DNA of 56,441 nucleotides. Origin: Erysipelothrix sp. Lineage in GTDB: Bacteria > Bacillota_I > Bacilli_A > Erysipelotrichales > Erysipelotrichaceae. Below are positions 10,582-20,479 of the stretch, piece by piece. The DNA is taken from assembly GCA_012512805.1 (NCBI GenBank), contig JAAZDN010000075.1, forward strand, positions 1 to 56,441. The letters run 5' to 3'. A program made the translations under genes and the position numbers. Position 1 is the stretch's first letter. Every line of letters begins with the position of its first letter. Below the pieces are notes generated by a model. It saw nothing but the letters and a program-made list of their open reading frames with translations. It did not search any database and was not told the DNA's origin.

Positions 10582-11343
10582 ATGGAACATTTATTTAAAA
10601 TCTTAAATAAAGAAAATAAGGAATATTTGATTAATGATAAATCACGATTAAAAGATGTCGAACACTACAATAAACAATGGCAAAAACAAGGCTTAACGAT
10701 TAAGGTTGATAGTGATTTTCGCTACTTTGATTTTATGCTTCAAAAAACAAGTTTCGACAATATGCAAACAATCATGAATACATATTTTGAAATTAAAGAG
10801 GAATTAAGAGAAATATGGGATATTGTTGAGTATAAGGAAAGACACTTTCTTCTCTATCAACAACTCAATCCAATCATTGAGAAACTGACGCCTTTTTATC
10901 GCGGCGAAAAACGATTGTTTATCACATATTTTGATGAACTCATTAACGCCTATTATGATCATGATATGTTAATGTTTGATAATGATAATTTCAGAAAGTA
11001 TTTGTATCATTATGAGTCGCTTGTTGTATCGAATCAATATGGCATTCTGCCATATGAGAGTGGATATGTTGATGTTGACGTAATTGTAGGTGATGATCAT
11101 AATTTTGTCATTTATATGCATGAGACTAAACGTTTTTATTGGAGACAGGTTCGTGATGATCAGCCCATCGATTTAAGTTTTGGTCTTGCATTTCAAATTA
11201 ATATGCGTCAAATACAAGATATTATTACCATAATTCGATCACATAAGAAAGATGAGCTTATTCACTATCTCATTGAAGAACAGCTTATTTATCCAAGTAT
11301 TAAAAAGCAAATTGTAAAGTTATTAGAAAAGGGTAGGGATTAA
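10582..11343 (+). CDS. Hypothetical protein
   Basis: 253-aa ORF with SD GTAGGGA upstream. I recognise no motif. Confidence 0.4.
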   Translation: MEHLFKILNKENKEYLINDKSRLKDVEHYNKQWQKQGLTIKVDSDFRYFDFMLQKTSFDNMQTIMNTYFEIKEELREIWDIVEYKERHFLLYQQLNPIIEKLTPFYRGEKRLFITYFDELINAYYDHDMLMFDNDNFRKYLYHYESLVVSNQYGILPYESGYVDVDVIVGDDHNFVIYMHETKRFYWRQVRDDQPIDLSFGLAFQINMRQIQDIITIIRSHKKDELIHYLIEEQLIYPSIKKQIVKLLEKGRD

Positions 11344-11345
11344 TT

Positions 11346-12812
11346 ATGGTGAATAATCCACAAACACTAAAAACACTCTTTAATATAGAGAGTTCAGTCA
11401 TCATCAATGAGTTAGTTACTGATTCTCGAAAAAAGAGTCAAAACTCTATCTTTTTTTGTGTGCAAGGTATTGCGAATGATGGCCACAAATTTATAGAAGA
11501 TGCGATTGCTAATGGAGCGGTATGTATTGTCCATTCTATGCCACTTACAAACGCTGTTGAAGGAATACACTACATTTTAGTTGACGATGTTTTAAGTGAA
11601 CTCAATCGAGTGGTAAATATCTTTTACAAACATCCTAGTGAAAAGTTAGACGTCTTTGCGATAACAGGTACGAATGGAAAAACGAGTGTGAGCAGGATCA
11701 TTAGCGATATGTTAAATCATGAAGTAAATACTGGCTACATTGGTACGATTAATATTGCCTATAACAATCGTGAAATTACCGCAAACTATACGACACCAGA
11801 AGTTATCGATTTACATCATGTCATGAATGATATGGTCAACGATAATGTTAAGGCCTTAGCCATCGAAGTGTCCAGCCATTCGATCGTACAACGCCGTGTT
11901 GAAGCTTTGGCCTATGATTATGCAATCTTTACTAACTTAACACACGAGCACTTAGACTATCATGGGACTATTGAAAACTACTTTGCGGCGAAAGCACAGC
12001 TATTTGAACATTTGAATGAGGATCAAGTAGCAATTATTAATATTGATGATGAGTATGGACTAAAATTAATGGACTATGATATTAAACATAAAATATCATA
12101 TGCTATTGATAAAGAAGCTGATTATCAAGCGATCAATGTTGTATATGGCATTAATGATACACAATTTGATGTCTTATATAAGGGTGAGATTTATCCTTTT
12201 GTTACAAATCTTGTTGCAAAATTTAACGTTTCTAATTTATTAGCAGCCATTGCAGCACTCCATCACTATGGTATAAGTATGATAAATCTTCAAGCTTATG
12301 CTAAAATGATTAAGCAAATTAGTGGACGTGTTGAGAAGATTAGTTTTAATGATCGCTTCCAAGTTATTGTCGATTATGCGCATACACCCGATGGTTTCTT
12401 AAAACTCTTTACCTATGCTAAAGACATTGCGAAAGATCATCGTGTTATTAGTGTATTTGGTAGTGCGGGTGAACGAGATATTTTAAAACGCAGTATTCTA
12501 GGAGAAATTGCTGATAAGTATAGTGATATGATTATCTTAACAGCTGATGATCCTCGTAAGGAAAATGTTATGGATATTTCAAAGCAAATCGCTGAAAAAA
12601 TCAGACAAAACTATATTGTAATAGAAAACCGATATGATGCAATATATCAGGCGATAGAACTTGCGAATACCGGAGACATTGTCTTAGTACTCGGTAAGGG
12701 AAATGACCAGTATATGGCCCTGCAAAATGGGAAAGAACCGTACATAGGTGATGTCGAAATTGTAAAAGAAATATTAGAAGAATATTTAGATAAGGAGCAA
12801 AATTATGAATAA
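11346..12812 (+). CDS. murE: UDP-N-acetylmuramoyl-L-alanyl-D-glutamate ligase (MurE); amino-acid specificity not assigned
   Basis: 488 aa with the GTNGKTS P-loop, a DYAHTPDG-type motif and TADDPR where DAP-type enzymes have DNPR. Confidence 0.88.
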   Translation: MVNNPQTLKTLFNIESSVIINELVTDSRKKSQNSIFFCVQGIANDGHKFIEDAIANGAVCIVHSMPLTNAVEGIHYILVDDVLSELNRVVNIFYKHPSEKLDVFAITGTNGKTSVSRIISDMLNHEVNTGYIGTINIAYNNREITANYTTPEVIDLHHVMNDMVNDNVKALAIEVSSHSIVQRRVEALAYDYAIFTNLTHEHLDYHGTIENYFAAKAQLFEHLNEDQVAIINIDDEYGLKLMDYDIKHKISYAIDKEADYQAINVVYGINDTQFDVLYKGEIYPFVTNLVAKFNVSNLLAAIAALHHYGISMINLQAYAKMIKQISGRVEKISFNDRFQVIVDYAHTPDGFLKLFTYAKDIAKDHRVISVFGSAGERDILKRSILGEIADKYSDMIILTADDPRKENVMDISKQIAEKIRQNYIVIENRYDAIYQAIELANTGDIVLVLGKGNDQYMALQNGKEPYIGDVEIVKEILEEYLDKEQNYE

Positions 12813-13461
12813 ATATATAGATCATACAATGTTAGCTGCAACAGCTACAGAAGAAGATATTAAGAAATTATGTAATGAGGCGATTGAATACAACTTTAAG
12901 GCAGTCTGTGTTAATCCAACTAACGTTGCTTTAGCAAAACAACTTTTAGAAGGTACAGACATCCTCGTATGTACAGTTGTTGGATTTCCATTAGGTGCGA
13001 ATACTACAGCTACAAAAGTATTTGAAGTAAAAGATGCAATTGCGAATGGTGCAGAAGAAATCGATATGGTCATTAACAGTGGTAAATTTAAAGATAAAGA
13101 CTATGCATATGTAATTGAAGAAATTAAAGCATTAAAAGCTGCGTGTGGAGATGTTACACTAAAGGTTATTGTTGAAACTGCGTACTTAGATGATGCTGAA
13201 ATCTTAAAAGTATCAGAATGTGTTAAAGAAGCAAAGGCTGACTTTATTAAAACAAGTACAGGATTCGCAAGCCGTGGTGCAACAATTAAAGATGTTGAAC
13301 TGATGAAATCGGTCGTTAAAGATGATGTCTTAATTAAAGCAGCTGGTGGTGTACGTACTCCAGAAGATTTAGAAAAAATAGTCGCAGCAGGTGCAAACAG
13401 AATCGGAACATCAAGTGGTGTTAAACTTGTCTCGGGAAATAAGGCTGAAGGCGGATATTAA
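12805..13461 (+). CDS. deoC: Deoxyribose-phosphate aldolase
   Basis: 218 aa with the FIKTSTGF Schiff-base lysine region and KAAGGVR. Confidence 0.9.
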   Translation: MNKYIDHTMLAATATEEDIKKLCNEAIEYNFKAVCVNPTNVALAKQLLEGTDILVCTVVGFPLGANTTATKVFEVKDAIANGAEEIDMVINSGKFKDKDYAYVIEEIKALKAACGDVTLKVIVETAYLDDAEILKVSECVKEAKADFIKTSTGFASRGATIKDVELMKSVVKDDVLIKAAGGVRTPEDLEKIVAAGANRIGTSSGVKLVSGNKAEGGY

Positions 13462-13471
13462 TAAAACATTA

Positions 13472-13524
13472 AAGCAACCGTTTTAGGTTGCTAATGGCTA
13501 AAGCAACCTGATTTGGTTGCTTTT
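13472..13524 (+). terminator. Tandem pair of near-identical hairpins; the second is an intrinsic terminator after deoC
   Basis: AAGCAACC-loop-GGTTGCT occurs at 13472-13492 and again at 13500-13523. Only the second copy is followed by a T-run. Confidence 0.65.
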
Positions 13525-13670
13525 GATATGTGAAAATTCACCATATCATGCTTTTATTCTCGATTTTCCAAACATGTAAAAGTCCTGTATATTAATTCTT
13601 GATTTATTGTTGAAAATTCGTTATAATAGTATACGTAAATAGGAATGTAATCCCAGAAGGGAGGGTTTAT

Positions 13671-13859
13671 ATGTCAAAAGTAGTAATCAAAAACAACGAA
13701 GAATTTGATGACGCAATGCGTCGTTTTAAACGTCAAGTATCACGTAATGGTACCCTTGCCGAAGCTCGTAAACGTGAATTCTACGTTAAGCCAGCAATCA
13801 AACGTAAAGAAAAATCAGACGCAGCACGCAAGGCTAATCGTAAAAAGAGTAGATATTAA
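13671..13859 (+). CDS. rpsU: 30S ribosomal protein S21
   Basis: 62 aa, basic, with [24 protein letters not shown]. The promoter TTGATT-17-TATAAT (about 13598-13626) lies upstream, and the hairpin AAAGATGTATATACATCTTT plus T-run follows. Confidence 0.92.
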   Translation: MSKVVIKNNEEFDDAMRRFKRQVSRNGTLAEARKREFYVKPAIKRKEKSDAARKANRKKSRY

Positions 13860-13936
13860 AAAGATGTATATACATCTTTTTTTATGATTTGATATTAATG
13901 GTGTATAATTTATTTAGAATCGAGGTGGATTAAATT

Positions 13937-14878
13937 ATGGATAAGACAATTGTTATTGAAGATATCACAATTGATGAACTCCAAGTATTAATTGGAGTAA
14001 ATAATACATTCTTAAAAGTCATTGAGGACTATTTTGAAACTGAAGTTATTTTAATTCATAATGAAATCTTTGTAAAAGATGCACAATATAAAGATATGAT
14101 TGAACGCGTCTTAAATGTAATGCTTATTGAAATACGTAAACATCAAAGTTTAAAAACAAGTGATATTATTTATATATGTAATTTAGTCAAACAAAACAAG
14201 GAAAACTTATATGCAGATTTACGCAAAAAGGTCATTGCGACAACACGCAGTGGTAAAAATGTTTTTCCTAAGACCATAGGTCAAAAAGAATTTGTTGATC
14301 AAATGTTGCTCCGTGACATTATATTTTCAATTGGTCCTGCAGGTACAGGTAAAACATTTTTATCTGTTGCCTACGCAACATACTTATTGAAAAATAAATT
14401 TATTAATAAAATAATCCTAACAAGACCTGCTGTTGAAGCGGGTGAAAATCTTGGTTTTCTACCAGGAGATTTAAAAGAAAAGGTTGATCCTTATTTAATC
14501 CCGCTTTATGATGGTTTAAATGAGATGTTGGGAGCAGAACAAGTTGAGAAGTATATTGAGAATGGTGTCATTGAAATTGCGCCACTAGCCTATATGCGTG
14601 GTCGAACCTTAAATGATGCCTTTATTATTTTAGATGAGGCACAAAATGCGACCGCAACTCAAATTAAGATGTTTCTAACACGCTTAGGATTTAATTCTAA
14701 AATGGTCATTAATGGTGATATTACACAAATTGACTTAAAGAATCAACGTGAATCGGGTCTTCAAGATGCATTCACATTATTAAAAGATATCGATGATATT
14801 GCCTTTGTCTTATTGAGCAGTAAAGATGTTGTCCGACATCCTTTAGTTCAAAAGATAATTGATGCATATGAAAAATAG
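13937..14878 (+). CDS. phoH: PhoH-family ATPase
   Basis: 313 aa with Walker A GPAGTGKT, ILDEAQN and GDITQIDL. Confidence 0.9.
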   Translation: MDKTIVIEDITIDELQVLIGVNNTFLKVIEDYFETEVILIHNEIFVKDAQYKDMIERVLNVMLIEIRKHQSLKTSDIIYICNLVKQNKENLYADLRKKVIATTRSGKNVFPKTIGQKEFVDQMLLRDIIFSIGPAGTGKTFLSVAYATYLLKNKFINKIILTRPAVEAGENLGFLPGDLKEKVDPYLIPLYDGLNEMLGAEQVEKYIENGVIEIAPLAYMRGRTLNDAFIILDEAQNATATQIKMFLTRLGFNSKMVINGDITQIDLKNQRESGLQDAFTLLKDIDDIAFVLLSSKDVVRHPLVQKIIDAYEK

Positions 14879-14893
14879 ATTAGGTGGGGTTTT

Positions 14894-16690
14894 ATGATAC
14901 AAAGTAAGGTTCGGAATTTTTCCATTATTGCACATATTGATCATGGGAAAAGTACATTAGCCGATCGAATATTAGAGAAAACAGAAACAGTTGCGAAACG
15001 TGATATGCAGTCGCAACTTTTAGACAGTTTAGATTTAGAGCGTGAACGTGGTATTACGATTAAATTAACAGCCGTAGAATTAACGTATAAGGCTAAAGAT
15101 GGTGAAGATTATACACTTCACTTAATTGATACACCAGGCCATGTTGACTTTACCTATGAGGTATCCCGTTCCTTAGCGGCCTGTGAAGGTGCTATTTTAG
15201 TTGTGGATGCAGCTCAAGGTATTGAAGCACAGACGCTTGCTAACGTTTATTTAGCACTTGAAAATGATTTAGAAATCATTCCTGTTATTAATAAAATTGA
15301 TTTACCAAATGCAAATATTGAGCGTGTCTCAAAAGAAATTGAAGATCTTTTAGGCTTTCCAAAGGAAGACATCCCTTTAATTTCTGCAAAAAATGGTATT
15401 GGAATAGATGAGGTACTTGAAGCAATCGTTGAATTTGTCCCAGCACCTAAGGGTGATGTTGAGGCACCTTTAAAAGCACTTGTTTTTGATTCAAACTATG
15501 ATAGTTATCGTGGTGTCATCGTTAATGTTCGTGTTATGGAAGGATCAATCAAGGTTGGTGATGAAATTAAGTTTATGGCCAACAATAAGGTTCATGAAGT
15601 TGTTGAAGTCGGAATTTATTCACCAGGAGAAGTGAAGCGTAAATCACTCGATGCAGGAGCAGTAGGTTGGTTTAGTGCTGCGATTAAAACGATTAAAGAT
15701 GTTAACGTTGGAGATACTGTCACAACAAAGGCAAACCCAACAGCTGAACACTTAGCGGGATATCGTAAATTGAATCCAATGGTATATGCTGGATTCTATC
15801 CTACAGATAATCAACGCTATAATGATCTTCGTGATGCCTTAGAAAAGATGCAACTGAACGATGCGGCCTTACAATTTGAAGCAGAATCATCACAAGCTCT
15901 AGGTTTTGGATTTAGATGTGGATTCTTAGGACTCTTACATATGGATGTTATTCAAGAACGATTAGAACGTGAATATGATCTTGATCTTATCGCAACGGCA
16001 CCTTCAGTTATTTATCATGTATATAAGACAAATGGTGAAATGAAAAAGGTTGATAACCCGGCATTTTTACCACAGCTTCAAAGTATTGAACGTATTGAAG
16101 AACCTTACGTTAAGGCTACAATTTTAACACCACAAGAATATGTCGGATCTGTTATGGAACTGTGTCAAAGTAAACGTGGTGAATATGTTGATATGCAAGT
16201 TGAACATGGACGTAATGTAATCATTTATAAATTACCACTCGCTGAAATTGTCTTAGACTTCTTTGATAAGTTAAAATCAGGGACAAAGGGCTATGCCTCA
16301 CTAGACTATGAAATGGTTGGATATCAAACAAGTAAACTTGTGAAGATGGATATTCTTATTAATAGTGAACCTGTTGATGCCCTAGCACTTATTGTTCATA
16401 ATGACTTTGCCTTTAACCGAGGAAACGCTATGGCTATTAAATTAAAAGAACTCATTCCACAACATCAATTTGAAGTTCCAATCCAAGCTGCTGTTAATGG
16501 TCGTATCATTGCACGTACAAACATTAAAGCCTTACGAAAAAACGTTATTGCGAAATGTTATGGTGGAGATATTACCCGTAAGAAGAAATTACTTGAACAA
16601 CAGAAAAAAGGTAAAAAGCGAATGAAGTCAGTGGGTAGTGTTGAAATACCACAAGATGCATTCATGGCTGTTTTATCAATGGAAGACTAA
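14894..16690 (+). CDS. lepA: Elongation factor 4 (LepA)
   Basis: 598 aa with [17 protein letters not shown] and NKID, plus the LepA-specific C terminus. Confidence 0.95.
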   Translation: MIQSKVRNFSIIAHIDHGKSTLADRILEKTETVAKRDMQSQLLDSLDLERERGITIKLTAVELTYKAKDGEDYTLHLIDTPGHVDFTYEVSRSLAACEGAILVVDAAQGIEAQTLANVYLALENDLEIIPVINKIDLPNANIERVSKEIEDLLGFPKEDIPLISAKNGIGIDEVLEAIVEFVPAPKGDVEAPLKALVFDSNYDSYRGVIVNVRVMEGSIKVGDEIKFMANNKVHEVVEVGIYSPGEVKRKSLDAGAVGWFSAAIKTIKDVNVGDTVTTKANPTAEHLAGYRKLNPMVYAGFYPTDNQRYNDLRDALEKMQLNDAALQFEAESSQALGFGFRCGFLGLLHMDVIQERLEREYDLDLIATAPSVIYHVYKTNGEMKKVDNPAFLPQLQSIERIEEPYVKATILTPQEYVGSVMELCQSKRGEYVDMQVEHGRNVIIYKLPLAEIVLDFFDKLKSGTKGYASLDYEMVGYQTSKLVKMDILINSEPVDALALIVHNDFAFNRGNAMAIKLKELIPQHQFEVPIQAAVNGRIIARTNIKALRKNVIAKCYGGDITRKKKLLEQQKKGKKRMKSVGSVEIPQDAFMAVLSMED

Positions 16691-17781
16691 TGGCACGCGG
16701 ACTCTACGTTCACATTCCATTTTGTGATGCCATTTGTGCCTACTGTGACTTTGCACGGGTATTAAATAAGCCACAGCTTGTTGATCAATATCTTGATGTC
16801 TTAAAAGAAGATGTATTAAAGCAAAACTTAGAGCACATTGAGACTATTTATATTGGTGGCGGAACACCGTCTGCTCTCACTGAATCACAACTTGAAGTAC
16901 TCTTTAAAATACTACAACCGTATACACACAATATAAAAGAATATACAATTGAAATAAATCCTGAGTCGATTACCTTAGAAAAGGCTAAACTCATGCATAA
17001 GTATGGAGTAAATCGTGCCAGTTTAGGGATGCAGGTTACACAGGAGCGTTTATTAAAAATTATTAACCGTCGTCATACTGTTGAACAGGTAAAACAGGCA
17101 ATAGCTTGGCTACACGAGGCAAACATTCATCATATTTCAGTGGACTTAATGTATGGTATTCCTACACAAACATTAGCGGACTTTGAAGCATCGATTCAAA
17201 CCATTTTAAGCTTTGATATTGATCACATTAGTCTCTATGCCTTAACAATTGAGCCAGATTCTATTTTTGGACATTTGGGCTATGAAGCTGCGGAACACGA
17301 ATTAGATGCTGATATGTATGAGATGGCTATTGATCGTTTAAAACAAAAAGATTTTAATCGTTATGAAATCAGTAACTTTGCGAAAGCAAACGGTGAATCA
17401 TTACACAATCAAATCTATTGGGAGTATGATGATTTTGTTGGAGTGGGTCTACATGCATCAGGAAAAGAGAAGGGGACTCGCTATACTAACGTAAAAAACC
17501 TTCGTCGTTATCTAAATGGTGATAATGAACAAGAAATCATTAACTTAGATCATGATGAGCAGATGTTTGAGTTTATTATGATGAATCTTCGTATGCAAAA
17601 AGGTTTTGAAATACGTCGTTTCAATCAATTGTACAATACAGACTTCTTAAAGAAATATGCAGAACCCATTAAAAAATGTGTTAATAATGAACTGCTTGCA
17701 GTTACAAATGATAGAATAAAGGCAACAGATAAGGGCTTAGATCTTTTATTTAGTGTACTCGAAGAGTTTATGGAGGTATAA
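16690..17781 (+). CDS. hemW: Radical-SAM heme chaperone HemW (HemN-like)
   Basis: 363 aa with the CDAICAYCDF radical-SAM cluster motif. The lepA-hemW synteny is conserved. Confidence 0.85.
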   Translation: MARGLYVHIPFCDAICAYCDFARVLNKPQLVDQYLDVLKEDVLKQNLEHIETIYIGGGTPSALTESQLEVLFKILQPYTHNIKEYTIEINPESITLEKAKLMHKYGVNRASLGMQVTQERLLKIINRRHTVEQVKQAIAWLHEANIHHISVDLMYGIPTQTLADFEASIQTILSFDIDHISLYALTIEPDSIFGHLGYEAAEHELDADMYEMAIDRLKQKDFNRYEISNFAKANGESLHNQIYWEYDDFVGVGLHASGKEKGTRYTNVKNLRRYLNGDNEQEIINLDHDEQMFEFIMMNLRMQKGFEIRRFNQLYNTDFLKKYAEPIKKCVNNELLAVTNDRIKATDKGLDLLFSVLEEFMEV

Positions 17782-17782
17782 A

Positions 17783-18433
17783 ATGCGTGAAACAATGAAG
17801 GAAATTATTGACAGTCAATCATCGGCAGTCATTATGAATGTAAAAGAAGATGTCTTAAATGATGTCATTGACTTTATAAAATCCTATGATTATAAATACT
17901 ATGTTTTAAACAGTGAAGGTGTGCACGGAACGGTACGTCTCGGTTTTATTAATGGAATTAATGAGTATACAGGCAGTGAAAAATTTGTTAAGAATCGTGT
18001 CTTTCAAGAGTTAAATTTAATCAATAAGTTGTATAAGGTTGGCTTGGACAATTATTATTTAGAATATATTGTTGAATGGGTACATTGGATTTATACAATG
18101 AGTACACCGCTAAACTATTTAGATAATGATGGGGTTCTCTTTGATTACTTAATTGAATTTTTTGAGAATAAGTATTATGAAGATGAAAATACTGAAGATG
18201 AGATAGCGATTAAATTTTTAAGAGTTTTAGAAGAAATCTTAGCTGCGGATACTGATCTTCCGATTCTTTGGATTCGTGATCGACTCTTTAAACAGCCCGC
18301 AATCCTCATTGTTGTTGAAGATAATCAAGTCAAAGAAACATATGTTGAAGCGCTCGTTAAACAATACTATGATGAATATGTTGAAATTGAAGGAAGTAGT
18401 AAGCCCTTGTTATTTGTTCGTTTACAAAATTAA
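17783..18433 (+). CDS. Hypothetical acidic cytoplasmic protein
   Basis: 216 aa from ATG 17783, which follows SD GGAGG immediately after the hemW stop. The track start at 17753 overlaps hemW. No motif recognised. Confidence 0.45.
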   Translation: MRETMKEIIDSQSSAVIMNVKEDVLNDVIDFIKSYDYKYYVLNSEGVHGTVRLGFINGINEYTGSEKFVKNRVFQELNLINKLYKVGLDNYYLEYIVEWVHWIYTMSTPLNYLDNDGVLFDYLIEFFENKYYEDENTEDEIAIKFLRVLEEILAADTDLPILWIRDRLFKQPAILIVVEDNQVKETYVEALVKQYYDEYVEIEGSSKPLLFVRLQN

Positions 18434-18515
18434 TAAACTTTTAACAATCCATTGTGCACTTTAGTTGACATATGATATAATATATGTGTAATTACTTAAG
18501 GAATGGAGGATTAAT

Positions 18516-18689
18516 ATGGCAGTTACTGTTAATCAAGACACATGTGCTGGAGTTCAAGCTTGTATTGGCGTATGTCCAACAGGCGCGTTATCAATGAATC
18601 CAGACAATAAAGCAGAATGTGATGCAGAACTTTGCATCGATTGCGGCGTATGTATTGAAGTATGCCCAATGCAAGCAATCAGCTTCTAG
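18516..18689 (+). CDS. Small ferredoxin (57 aa) with two Fe-S cluster motifs
   Basis: Not in the ORF track because it is under 60 aa. SD GGAGG precedes MAVTVNQDTCAGVQACIGVCP...CIDCGVCIEVCP. One motif is canonical (CxxCxxCxxxCP) and one is atypical (Cx5Cx3CP), which resembles a 7Fe-type ferredoxin. Confidence 0.8.
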   Translation: MAVTVNQDTCAGVQACIGVCPTGALSMNPDNKAECDAELCIDCGVCIEVCPMQAISF

Positions 18690-18693
18690 TCAT

Positions 18694-18722
18694 AAAGACA
18701 AGTTTAGGTACTTGTCTTTTTT
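18694..18722 (+). terminator. Intrinsic terminator after the ferredoxin gene
   Basis: AAAGACAAGT-loop-ACTTGTCTTT followed by a T-run. Confidence 0.8.
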
Positions 18723-18745
18723 ATGAGAAAAAAGAGCTCTAATTA

Positions 18746-18900
18746 TTGACACAGTCCGTAATAAGTGCTATGATTATCGAAGAAATAGAATAGTAGAAAG
18801 AAGAAGCAATTCTCACCTGATAGCCAATGGCTTTAGGTACACGCTACATAACAACTTGGAATTATGTTATTTAGTGGAGGCTTCATGTCCACTTTTTTAT
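18746..18900 (+). promoter_or_regulatory. Promoter plus L20-leader-type attenuator of the infC-rpmI-rplT operon
   Basis: TTGACA (18746-18751), 17 nt, then TATGAT (18769-18774). A leader of about 135 nt ends in the hairpin AGTGGA/TCCACT (18873-18892) plus T6, directly before the infC SD. This matches the L20-mediated attenuation layout known in Bacillus. Confidence 0.65.
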
Positions 18901-18916
18901 TTTATACAGGAGGTGT

Positions 18917-19447
18917 ATGAATATTTCAAATAGAAAAAGAGTTCAAGGGGATTTAGTTAATGATAAAATACCTTTTAAAGAAATGATGGTCATCACTGGT
19001 GACGGTGAAAAACTTGGCGTTTTAAGTAAAGCAGCGGCATTAGCAGAAGCAAACAAACTAAATTTAGACTTATTAGTCGTTTCTCCGAATACTGATCCCG
19101 TTGTTGCACGTTTACTTGATTATGGTAAACACAAGTATGAACAACAAAAGAAACAACGTGAACAAAAGAAACATCAAGTCGTCCAGGAGCTCAAAGCAAC
19201 AAGACTTTCACCTGTAATTGATATTGGTGATTTCAATACCAAAGTGAAGCAAGCAACAGGCTGGCTAAAAGATGGTAACAAAGTAAAAGTCGATATGCGA
19301 TTTAGAGGACGTCAAATTACACGTCAGGCAGTTGGACGCGAAATCATGAACGATTTCTTAGATGCACTCAAGGAATTTGGGGAGCCAACAAATCGACCAA
19401 AAATCGAAGGATATACGATGTCAGTCGTTATTAATCCGAAAAAATAG
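18917..19447 (+). CDS. infC: Translation initiation factor IF-3
   Basis: 176 aa of the IF-3 family (INDKIPFKE..., LLDYGK). The ATG at 18917 lies only 3 nt after GGAGG. An in-frame ATT at 18923 has 9-nt spacing and may be the true start. Confidence 0.9.
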   Translation: MNISNRKRVQGDLVNDKIPFKEMMVITGDGEKLGVLSKAAALAEANKLNLDLLVVSPNTDPVVARLLDYGKHKYEQQKKQREQKKHQVVQELKATRLSPVIDIGDFNTKVKQATGWLKDGNKVKVDMRFRGRQITRQAVGREIMNDFLDALKEFGEPTNRPKIEGYTMSVVINPKK

Positions 19448-19461
19448 AAAGAGGTATTGAC

Positions 19462-19662
19462 ATGGCAAAAATTAAAATGAAAACTAAAAAATCAGTTGCT
19501 AAACGTTTCAAAAAAACTGGTTCAGGACAATTAAAGAGATCACAAGGATTTAGATCTCATAAGGCAAGTCATAAGACGCAAAAACAAAAACGTCAGTTAA
19601 GAAAATCTGCATTGGTTCACCCATCAGATCAAAAGAGAATTGATTCTTTATTACAGAATTAA
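19462..19662 (+). CDS. rpmI: 50S ribosomal protein L35
   Basis: 66 aa, [22 protein letters not shown]... Confidence 0.95.
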   Translation: MAKIKMKTKKSVAKRFKKTGSGQLKRSQGFRSHKASHKTQKQKRQLRKSALVHPSDQKRIDSLLQN

Positions 19663-19686
19663 TTACGAAAATAGGAGGAAGAAACA

Positions 19687-20358
19687 ATGGCAAGAGTAAA
19701 ATCAAACGTAGCAAGTAGAGCTCGTAAAAAGAAAGTATTAAAATTAGCTAAAGGATATTTTGGCTCAAAACACCGTTTATATAGAACTGCTAACGAACAA
19801 GTTATGCGTTCACAACGTTATGCATTTATTGGACGTAAACAAGTTAAACGTGAAATGCGTAAACTTTGGATCACAAGAATTAATGCTGGTGCTAGATTAA
19901 ACGGAATTTCATATTCACAATTAACATTCGGATTAAGATTAGCTGATATCCAAATCAACCGTAAAATGTTATCAGAAATGGCAATTCACGATGCAGCTGG
20001 ATTTACAGCAATCGTAGAAATCGCTAAAAATGCAATTGCTAACCAGGCAAACGCTCCAAAAGCTGTTAAAGAAGTAGTAGTTGAAGAAGTAGTTGCTACA
20101 CCTGCAGTTGAAGAAAACGTAACTGTTGATACAGCTGATTACGGAAGCAACTGGGCAGATGTTGTTTACAACATTATTGACCGTCATGTTAACGATGACT
20201 TCACAACTGAAGACGTCTTAGCACACTCACACATCGCTGCAGCAATCTATCCAAAAAATACAACAATCGAAGCTACAATCAAACGTAACATCGCAAGTCT
20301 TGTAAAAGATGGTAAAGTTGTTGAAGTTGAAGTTGACAGCTATAAAAAAGTAAAATAG
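19687..20358 (+). CDS. rplT: 50S ribosomal protein L20 fused to a roughly 105-aa C-terminal extension
   Basis: Residues 1 to about 118 are canonical L20 ([15 protein letters not shown]...[10 protein letters not shown]...NRKMLSEMA). The same frame continues without a stop through a Val/Glu-rich linker into a folded-looking domain of about 65 aa. Confidence 0.85.
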   Translation: MARVKSNVASRARKKKVLKLAKGYFGSKHRLYRTANEQVMRSQRYAFIGRKQVKREMRKLWITRINAGARLNGISYSQLTFGLRLADIQINRKMLSEMAIHDAAGFTAIVEIAKNAIANQANAPKAVKEVVVEEVVATPAVEENVTVDTADYGSNWADVVYNIIDRHVNDDFTTEDVLAHSHIAAAIYPKNTTIEATIKRNIASLVKDGKVVEVEVDSYKKVK

Positions 20359-20384
20359 TTTTTACAACATTATATCTAAACATC

Positions 20385-20407
20385 AAAACCGAGAAATCGG
20401 TTTTTTA
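20385..20407 (+). terminator. Intrinsic terminator after rplT
   Basis: AAAACCGA-GAAA-TCGGTTTTTT. Confidence 0.8.
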
Positions 20408-20479
20408 CACTTATTTACTGCATAATCATGTTATAAAGCTGGATATTATTTTAAAATACACTTGTAAGAGGAATTTATT

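Noticed and set aside
13472-13524. Two near-identical 21-24 nt hairpin units that at first glance looked like a mini repeat array.
   Set aside because: There are only two copies, each self-complementary, and the second is followed by a T-run directly after deoC. These are tandem terminator hairpins, not CRISPR or a REP array.
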